Source: a virus. Taken from it: DNA of 64,000 nucleotides. The position numbers and the translations under genes were made by a program. Below the pieces are notes generated by a model, which saw only the letters and a program-made list of their open reading frames with translations, did not search any database and was not told where the DNA came from. The DNA lies in the IMG/VR virus record IMGVR_UViG_3300027754_005987, positions 1 through 64,000 of that record. The stretch is one strand, 5' to 3'. Of the stretch, positions 57,311-64,000 are shown piece by piece (within the stretch, counting starts at the first letter, position 1; every line of letters starts with the position of its first letter).

Positions 57311-57757
57311 ATGATGAAAACAGGAAAAGAAATAAAAGTATCAACATTTAAAAATTTTAATGTTATTTACGGAAGTGTAAATAATAAACATTCAAAAGCA
57401 ATTTACATAAACATGTCAGCTTGGGTTGACCCTAATAGTGAAGAGCCATTAAATTACAATCGAGTAATTAGAGAATTAAATAAAAACGTTAAACAAAAAC
57501 TATATAATTTATTTAACGAAAATAATAATTCTGAATTTATAAAAGATAGAACAATTGTAGATTTAGACATTAGAGAATCTGGAATTAAATACGGTAAACG
57601 TAGTTTTATGAATTGTGAAATGACACTTTTCCTAAATTCAGAAAAACGAGTTAATTCAGAAATAATGATAAATAATTTAAATCAAATCGTTAATATGCTA
57701 ATTAGCGATATTTTTGATAATAATAAAATATTTAAATTTCATAGAAAGAAAATTTAA
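57311..57757 (+). CDS. conserved hypothetical protein
   Basis: YGSV..K..KAIY....W..P, IVDLDIR.SGI..GKRSFMNCE.TL. Confidence 0.8.
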   Translation: MMKTGKEIKVSTFKNFNVIYGSVNNKHSKAIYINMSAWVDPNSEEPLNYNRVIRELNKNVKQKLYNLFNENNNSEFIKDRTIVDLDIRESGIKYGKRSFMNCEMTLFLNSEKRVNSEIMINNLNQIVNMLISDIFDNNKIFKFHRKKI

Positions 57758-57844
57758 AACTAGATTAAAAATAAGAAACCATAAACACTAGTGTTTATGG
57801 TTTTTTTATTTTATACACATATTTATTATATAAACGCAAACTAT

Positions 57845-58567
57845 ATGCATAATTATAACGAATTAAAAGTATTGAAACGTCATGAAACAGGGACTGGTGT
57901 TTTAATCGAACATGATGCTGGATTTATTAGTCCTGATGAACCTAGGAATCAACCTTTTATCAATGAGATAAAAAAATTAGATACAGGTAGCAAAATGACT
58001 ATTGTTGAACCGCTTATTGTATACGTTGTATTACAGAAGTATGGTATCCTTAACCGTAATGGTAGGGTTTATCCAGAAAGCATATTAAAACAACAAGATA
58101 GGTTATATCAACAAGCAATCAAAGAAAGAAGAGCCGTAGGTGAATTAGACCATCCAGAATCTAGTGTTATTGCTGGTGATAGAATATCACACAATATAGT
58201 TGAGACATGGTGGGAAGGTCATACACTTATGGGCAAAATGGAGATACTAATGACACCTGGATATATTAATTATGGTATTGTATCAACAAAAGGAGATGAA
58301 GTCGCTAATCTATTAAGAAACAGAATTAAAATAGGTGTATCATCTAGAGGTGTTGGTTCGCTTAAAGAAGGTAAAAATGGTGAACAAATAGTACAAGACG
58401 ATTTTGAGATAATATGTTGGGATGTTGTAACAGCACCTTCAACACCAGATGCATGGATTGGTAGGAGTTCTGAAGAAATTAGACCGTATGTAGAAAACGT
58501 ACAAAAGAAAAAACCATTAATTGAAGGTGGGTTAAATGATAAATTAGATAAATTTTTATTAGATTAA
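57845..58567 (+). CDS. prohead protease (T4 gp21-like)
   Basis: NRNGRVYP, GELDHP, SHNI, GVSSRGVGS, DFEIICWDVV..PS; ATG at 57845 after late motif at 57819. Confidence 0.93.
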   Translation: MHNYNELKVLKRHETGTGVLIEHDAGFISPDEPRNQPFINEIKKLDTGSKMTIVEPLIVYVVLQKYGILNRNGRVYPESILKQQDRLYQQAIKERRAVGELDHPESSVIAGDRISHNIVETWWEGHTLMGKMEILMTPGYINYGIVSTKGDEVANLLRNRIKIGVSSRGVGSLKEGKNGEQIVQDDFEIICWDVVTAPSTPDAWIGRSSEEIRPYVENVQKKKPLIEGGLNDKLDKFLLD

Positions 58568-58699
58568 TAAGAATTATAGATATTTTTTTACTTTAATTTG
58601 GTTTTTTGTTAAAATCACACATATTTATTAACAAATGAGGGGTTTACCCTATTGTTATTTATATATAATATATAAAATTTAAAAAAAATAAAAAAAGAA

Positions 58700-59929
58700 A
58701 TGGCTGAAAAAAAATCAATACTTGAAGAAGCGTTATTGGATATTAAAAACATTCAATCTGCTTTAAATGCCAACACAAAAGAAATACTTCGTAGCGTTGC
58801 TAAAGAAGAAATTGATAGTGTGGTGAAAGAATCGCTTATGAAAAATGAAGCTGATTATGAAGAAGAGGATTTGGAATCAACTGATGATGCTGTAGAATTA
58901 GGCGGTGACGCTGATATCAATACAATGGAATTAGGTGACGAAGAATCTGACGATGCAGAATTAGATGATATCGAAGGCTCCGAAGAAGTGGCTCCAGAAA
59001 TGGATTCAAAAATTGGAATGGACTCAGATGAGTTAGGTGGAGTGTATGATATGACTAAAGGAGCATCAGATGATGAAGTTTTCGCAATTTACAAAAAATT
59101 AAGCGGTGAAGACGAAATCGAAATTGTTGGTGATGAAATTCACTTAAACATTACCGAACCAGGAGAGTACATTGTTAAAAAAGGTGCTTTGGGTGATTCA
59201 ATGGAAGCTGAAGAAGAACTTGATTTAGAAGATTCTGAAGAAGAATCTGAAGAAGAGGGAGAAGCTGAAGAAGAAATGAATTACGAAATTGAAATGGGTA
59301 ATGAAGAAGAAGCTGAAGAAGAAGAAGCTGAAGAGGAAGAAGCTGAAGAAGAAGAATCTGAAGAAGAGGAAGAAGAGGAGTTAGAAGAGAATTTAGGCGC
59401 TACTAGAGGTCATGCTGGTAGACAAGGTGCTAAAAGGTCTGGTTCTGCTCATATTCCAAAACCTAAAAAAGCTTTGGAAGAATCACAAAAAGCTAGACAA
59501 ATTGTTTCTGAAACAACCAAAAAATATAATACATTATTAACTGAAGCTAAAAAATTACAGACTGAGAATGAAGAATTCAGAAAAGCTCTTAAAACTTTTA
59601 GAAATCAGTTAGTAGAAACAGTAGTATTCAATAGTAATCTTACTTATGTAACTAGATTATTCATGGAACATTCAACAACTAAAGCTGAAAAACAAAACAT
59701 TATTAAACGTTTTGATGTTGAAGTATCAAATTTAGTTGAATCAAAAAAACTTTACAAAACTATTGCTAACGAATTGGAATCTAGAAAACCAATTGCTGAG
59801 TCTGTAAATAACAAAATAATTAAAGAAGCGGCTACTAGTACTTCAAAACAATTAAACGAAAGTACTGCGTATGTTGACCCATCTACTAAAAGAATCTTAG
59901 ATTTAATTAACAGAGTAGAGAAAAAATAA
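58700..59929 (+). CDS. prohead core/scaffold protein
   Basis: Very acidic N-terminal part and coiled-coil C-terminus, between protease and capsid genes. Confidence 0.75.
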   Translation: MAEKKSILEEALLDIKNIQSALNANTKEILRSVAKEEIDSVVKESLMKNEADYEEEDLESTDDAVELGGDADINTMELGDEESDDAELDDIEGSEEVAPEMDSKIGMDSDELGGVYDMTKGASDDEVFAIYKKLSGEDEIEIVGDEIHLNITEPGEYIVKKGALGDSMEAEEELDLEDSEEESEEEGEAEEEMNYEIEMGNEEEAEEEEAEEEEAEEEESEEEEEEELEENLGATRGHAGRQGAKRSGSAHIPKPKKALEESQKARQIVSETTKKYNTLLTEAKKLQTENEEFRKALKTFRNQLVETVVFNSNLTYVTRLFMEHSTTKAEKQNIIKRFDVEVSNLVESKKLYKTIANELESRKPIAESVNNKIIKEAATSTSKQLNESTAYVDPSTKRILDLINRVEKK

Positions 59930-59987
59930 CAATAACAATAACAAAAAAAAAAAAAAAAATAAAAAAAACAAAAAAAAAAAACAAATT

Positions 59988-61826
59988 ATGTCACATTTAT
60001 TAACATCTGGACAAGTTGGAAATATTGGTTTAAACCATATGAAAGCTATCCGTAAAGAAACACAATCTAAATGGGATTCTTTAGGCTTCTTAGAAGGTCT
60101 TAGAGGTCACGTAAAAGAAAACATCGCTCAATTATATGAAAACCAAGCGTCTACATTATTAAGCGAGTCTACAACAGCTACTAACTCTGGTTCTTTTGAA
60201 ACAGTTGTTTTCCCTATCGTAAGACGTGTTTTCTCTAAATTATTAGCTAACGACATCGTGTCTGTACAAGCTATGAACATGCCAATTGGTAAATTATTCT
60301 TTTTCGTACCACAAACTTCTAGCCGTGTTGACGGTGCTGGTGTTGCTGGTAGTGATTATACCTCTACAGCATCTTCTGATGTTTATGGTACTACTTACTC
60401 TGCACACACTTCATTTGCATCTAACGGAATTCCTTCATGTGTATTGCCAGCTGCTGGAACATGTGTTGTAACACCTTTCGAAGCTAAAAACTTGTACGAT
60501 ATTTTCTACAATGATGGTTTATTTGATAACTCTAAAGGTACTTTAACTATCCGTACTCACGCTAGCTTACCTAAATTAACTTTTAATTCTAATGGTGATT
60601 TTAGTAACCCTGTAGTTGGTACTGGTACTTTGCCTACTGCTACTGATGGTTCATTAAGAGAAATCATCGTTAACGTTTCTGGTTTTTCACCAAACAACAC
60701 AAACAAACAAGTAATGACAGGTGCTGATGGTAACCAAATGGATACTGAATCTTTCTTAGCTTCTTTACAAATTGTTACTACTGCTAACATTTTAGACAGA
60801 GACGCTAACGTAGTTGTTGCTTCAAACAAATCTGTACCTTTTAGAGTTGTTACTCAAAAATATGGTAGAGGAATTGTTGATTATAATTCTATAACTGATG
60901 CTACAGGTACTATTTATTTAGCTTTAGACTTGACTCACCCAGTTGGAACAACTGCTACTGGTACTGCTGCTGCTGGTACTGCTACTTATGATGGTTATGT
61001 TGGTGCTTCTGCTACAACTGCATCTGCATTTACTTTTAACGCTGCATGGGCTGAATATGCTACATTAGAGCTTGAAACCGAAATGGGAGAAGTATCTTTC
61101 AAATTAGACGAAGTTGTTGTTGCTGTTGAAGAAAGAAAATTAAGAGCTACTTGGTCTCCAGAGCTTGCTCAAGACGTTAGTGCTTTCCACAACATCGATG
61201 CTGAAGCTGAATTAACAGCTATGTTATCTGAACAAGTTGCTGCTGAGATTGACCGTGAAATCCTTAGAGATTTGCGTAAAGCTGCTGCATGGCAATTGAG
61301 ATGGGATTACAATGGTTGGAGAAAAGCTTCTACCGCTGCAAGTCCATATACTCAAAAAGAATGGAATCAAACTTTGATTACTCGTGTTAATCAAGTATCT
61401 GCTCAAATACATAAATCTACTCTTAGAGGTGGTGCTAACTTTATCGTTGTATCTTCTGAAATCTCTGCTATTTTTGATGATTTAGAATATTTCCACGTAA
61501 GTGATGCTAACCCAGAGCAAGACCAATACAACATGGGTATTGAAAGAATTGGAACTTTAAGTGGTCGTTACCAAGTGTATCGTGACCCTTATGCACCAGC
61601 TTACTCAGTAGTTATTGGACATAAAGGAAAATCATTATTGGATACTGGTTATATCTACGCACCATACGTGCCGTTACAATTAACCCCAACAATGTACAAT
61701 CCATTTAACTTTGCTCCAGTTAAAGGTATCATGACACGTTACGCTAAAAAAGTTGTGAACAATAGGTTCTATGGCCATGTAAGAGTGGACGGTGTACCTA
61801 CATTCAATGTTAACGAATTACGTTAA
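59988..61826 (+). CDS. major capsid protein (T4 gp23-like)
   Basis: PIVRRVF...DIVSVQAM..P.G..F, RKLRATWSPELAQD...H..DAEAEL, EIDREI, YAPYVPL, GIMTRY. Confidence 0.95.
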   Translation: MSHLLTSGQVGNIGLNHMKAIRKETQSKWDSLGFLEGLRGHVKENIAQLYENQASTLLSESTTATNSGSFETVVFPIVRRVFSKLLANDIVSVQAMNMPIGKLFFFVPQTSSRVDGAGVAGSDYTSTASSDVYGTTYSAHTSFASNGIPSCVLPAAGTCVVTPFEAKNLYDIFYNDGLFDNSKGTLTIRTHASLPKLTFNSNGDFSNPVVGTGTLPTATDGSLREIIVNVSGFSPNNTNKQVMTGADGNQMDTESFLASLQIVTTANILDRDANVVVASNKSVPFRVVTQKYGRGIVDYNSITDATGTIYLALDLTHPVGTTATGTAAAGTATYDGYVGASATTASAFTFNAAWAEYATLELETEMGEVSFKLDEVVVAVEERKLRATWSPELAQDVSAFHNIDAEAELTAMLSEQVAAEIDREILRDLRKAAAWQLRWDYNGWRKASTAASPYTQKEWNQTLITRVNQVSAQIHKSTLRGGANFIVVSSEISAIFDDLEYFHVSDANPEQDQYNMGIERIGTLSGRYQVYRDPYAPAYSVVIGHKGKSLLDTGYIYAPYVPLQLTPTMYNPFNFAPVKGIMTRYAKKVVNNRFYGHVRVDGVPTFNVNELR

Positions 61827-61847
61827 TCGTAACTAAAATAAAACTTA

Positions 61848-61876
61848 AAAGGTGGATAATATTATCCACCTTTTTT
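61848..61876 (+). terminator. terminator after capsid gene
   Basis: AAAGGTGGATAATATTATCCACCTTTTTT. Confidence 0.85.
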
Positions 61877-61922
61877 GTTTTAAATACTTGACTTTATTAA
61901 CGATTATTAGTATATTTGTATT

Positions 61923-62612
61923 ATGAGTAGGAAAATAGAATTAACCCAAGAACAATTAGCTGAGTGTCTTAAAATGTATAATGAAGAATTACTTGGTTCA
62001 ACTACCATTAGTGAAAAGATGGGAATACATAAAACAATAATTATTAGAACACTTAAAGAAAATGGTGTTGAATTGGGACCGTCTGGACGAAGAAATATTG
62101 GTGGTAAATCAGTTGCACAAAAAAAATATGAATTAAAACCAGAAGTAAAAGCTAAACGAAGTGAATACCATAAAGATTGGTCAGCTGATAATCGTGAAAC
62201 CTTACGAAAGTATCATGGAACTTGGAGAGAAGATAATAAAGAACATGTAAATAAATATAAGCGTGATTATGAACGTAAAAGACGTGCTGAGGACCCAAAG
62301 TATAGATTAGGTGTTAGAACTCGCACAGCGGTATGGCAATTACTTAAAGAGCGTAACATCAACAAGACCAATAAAACATTTGAATTACTTGGATATACAT
62401 TGGAAGAGCTAATGGTTCATTTAGAGAAACAATTCACCGAAGGTATGACATGGGATAATTATGGTGAATGGCATGTTGACCATAAGATACCGATGGCCAG
62501 TTTTAATTTCGAAACAACAGATGATAGAGAATTTAAACTATGTTGGTGTTTGGCTAATCTTCAGCCTCTGTGGGGACCAGATAATTTAATCAAGGGAACA
62601 AAACTTTTATGA
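61923..62612 (+). CDS. free-standing HNH / endonuclease VII-like homing endonuclease
   Basis: N-terminal HTH-like region, MTWDNYGEWHVDHKIP...NLQPLW..DN..KG; own host-type promoter at 61911. Confidence 0.8.
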   Translation: MSRKIELTQEQLAECLKMYNEELLGSTTISEKMGIHKTIIIRTLKENGVELGPSGRRNIGGKSVAQKKYELKPEVKAKRSEYHKDWSADNRETLRKYHGTWREDNKEHVNKYKRDYERKRRAEDPKYRLGVRTRTAVWQLLKERNINKTNKTFELLGYTLEELMVHLEKQFTEGMTWDNYGEWHVDHKIPMASFNFETTDDREFKLCWCLANLQPLWGPDNLIKGTKLL

Positions 62613-62632
62613 GTTCTGGGATATTTATTAGT

Positions 62633-63181
62633 ATGAAAGAGTTTATTAAAAAGTTATTAAGGGAAGGTTTAATTGATGATTTTGATTTTGAAGTTGAGAA
62701 TCATGGTAAAGTTATTCATAGTGAAATTAAAGTTAAAGATATTGAATTATCGTTATATAGGGGACTTAGAAATCAATTTGATAATACTAAAGCACATCCA
62801 GAGTTAGTTCCATATGGTAATGATTATATGTTAGTTGCTTCAAAATTTCCCGATAAATTGATATGGTTTACTAACGATATTGAATTTGCAAAAAAATATG
62901 ATGGTTATGCGTTAATAATATATAAGTTACCAGTTAAAAAACATGAAAAAATAGTGACTTATGAAGATGGTTATACAACAACAGATTATATAGATAATAA
63001 TGATATTATGATTTCTGGGTATGGTAATACACAGATAAAACAAGACCCTTATAATAATAATAGTTTTTATGCTGGTATTGAATTACCAGAGCATTGGTAT
63101 TGGTCTTATAAAGTAGAAAAGCATATTGTTTGTGATAAGGATTTAATCATACCATGGAAAAACATTAAGTATAATGATTAA
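62633..63181 (+). CDS. leader-tagged ADP-ribosyltransferase-like protein
   Basis: ATATTTAT at 62621 then MKEFIKKLLREG; LYRG...IWFTNDIEFAKKY. Confidence 0.6.
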   Translation: MKEFIKKLLREGLIDDFDFEVENHGKVIHSEIKVKDIELSLYRGLRNQFDNTKAHPELVPYGNDYMLVASKFPDKLIWFTNDIEFAKKYDGYALIIYKLPVKKHEKIVTYEDGYTTTDYIDNNDIMISGYGNTQIKQDPYNNNSFYAGIELPEHWYWSYKVEKHIVCDKDLIIPWKNIKYND

Positions 63182-63669
63182 AGCATTTTATTCCACCAAG
63201 GTAGTTCATTAAATTCTTTTAATGTTTCATCAAGATAAGAAATATCTAACACCCATTTATAATGTGAACGCTTAAAATAAAGACTAAAAACATCAGTTAG
63301 ATAATCTTGAACTTCTTTTTCATTCATCCCATTAACTTTAATTAATTGTTTAATTACAATATCAATTTCACCTTTTATTTTTGCAAGGCCTGGATGTTTT
63401 ACTTTATGACAATATGGACATAATGAAATTAAACCAGTTAATTTTTGTCTATAATTTTTATCATCATATTCCCATATTTCATGGCATTCAACATCGTGGT
63501 TAAACCCTTGATTTTTACCAGTATCACCACATATTTCACATTTATTGCCAGCAGATTCATAAGATTTATTTCTTAAATAATCCCATTCTTTTTCTGACAC
63601 ATTGCTTCTAACGTTATTATACCAGCTAGTACTAGGAACTATCTCTGATGTTAATTTATATTGTGACAT
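63178..63669 (-). CDS. HNH-type nuclease
   Basis: CEICG...ECHEIW...LCPYCHKVKH; paralog of 22617-23249. Confidence 0.75.
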   Translation of the reverse strand: MSQYKLTSEIVPSTSWYNNVRSNVSEKEWDYLRNKSYESAGNKCEICGDTGKNQGFNHDVECHEIWEYDDKNYRQKLTGLISLCPYCHKVKHPGLAKIKGEIDIVIKQLIKVNGMNEKEVQDYLTDVFSLYFKRSHYKWVLDISYLDETLKEFNELPWWNKML

Positions 63670-63671
63670 AA

Positions 63672-63848
63672 TTAATATCCGTTATTATGCGAATCGTCAA
63701 AATTTAAGTTTTCTTTAAAATTTTCCATTATCTTAGGTAACCCATTAAAATAAGCTCTAATTTTTTTACCTAATTCGTTATCATTTGGGGTTTCCAATAC
63801 TATTTTTTTAATATCTAATAGAGTGGCTTCTAATAATTCTTGATACAT
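63672..63848 (-). CDS. small hypothetical protein (58 aa)
   Basis: MYQELLE...TPNDNELGKKIR; promoter at 63866; not in ORF track. Confidence 0.6.
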   Translation of the reverse strand: MYQELLEATLLDIKKIVLETPNDNELGKKIRAYFNGLPKIMENFKENLNFDDSHNNGY

Positions 63849-64000
63849 AACAATAAGTTTTTTTACAAATATACATAAAAAAACCTAAGATTCAAGTCTT
63901 AGGTTATATTTTTTTATTGAAATTCTGGTCCTTGTTCACAAATTGTTGATTGTATTTGCGTCCAATAAGTATCGGCTTCATCTGGCATACTATCACCAGA

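Noticed and set aside
59930-59987. Frameshift fusion of scaffold and capsid genes through the long A-runs
   Set aside because: The scaffold stops before the runs and the capsid has a normal ATG. This is more likely an A-rich translation leader, and homopolymer lengths may be unreliable.
1252-61412. Short antisense/alternate-frame ORFs in the track (e.g. 1252-1569, 5047-5364, 20658-21059, 25354-25671, 36825-37199, 49178-49654, 60557-60829)
   Set aside because: They overlap well-supported genes and have no motifs or expression signals, so they are treated as shadow ORFs.
1-64000. Genome-wide TAG recoding (as in some Bacteroidota megaphages)
   Set aside because: Core genes are intact under the standard code and several genes end plausibly at TAG (e.g. 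portal 55831, GNAT 30429, 41529). Only the 11943 TAG is suggestive.
1-64000. tRNA or rRNA genes
   Set aside because: No cloverleaf or T-loop signature was recognised by eye in intergenic regions; tRNAscan-SE was not run.

Overview
This is a 64-kb, very AT-rich segment of a T4-like (myovirus-type) jumbo phage. The host is most likely Bacteroidota, because host-type TAnnTTTG -7 promoters recur and the leaders are A-rich with no Shine-Dalgarno. (1) 1-7.4 kb holds early-type genes (GH73 glucosaminidase, SF1/UvrD helicase, small ORFs) among repeated non-coding signals: a 58-bp inverted repeat pair, four Fur-box-like palindromes, four ACACAATTGTGT palindromes and a 39-bp tandem array. (2) 7.4-7.85 kb is an origin/terminus-like locus with C-tracts, iterons and a G/C skew change. 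(3) 7.9-36.5 kb is an accessory region. Many of its unrelated proteins (ADP-ribosyltransferase-like, HExxH zincins, nucleotidyltransferase, PcfJ-like/DUF4116-repeat, membrane proteins) share an N-terminal MKxxIKxLLRE-type leader and an upstream ATATTTAT late-promoter motif. They are mixed with metabolic genes (RmlC, GT2, LpxH-like, thioredoxin, aminotransferase, ABC ATPase/GNAT). (4) ClpC and ThyA each carry an intein. (5) The head module at 44.5-61.8 kb has an intein-containing large terminase, portal, prohead protease, scaffold and major capsid protein, followed by HNH genes. The top hypothesis is a portable 'late promoter + capsid-targeting leader' tag that loads a diverse effector set into the head for injection. 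Other notable signals are two -1 slippery-site gene fusions, an in-frame TAG split gene, and a cargo cassette bounded by a 61-bp direct repeat. All protein assignments come from motif reading only; no database searches were run.
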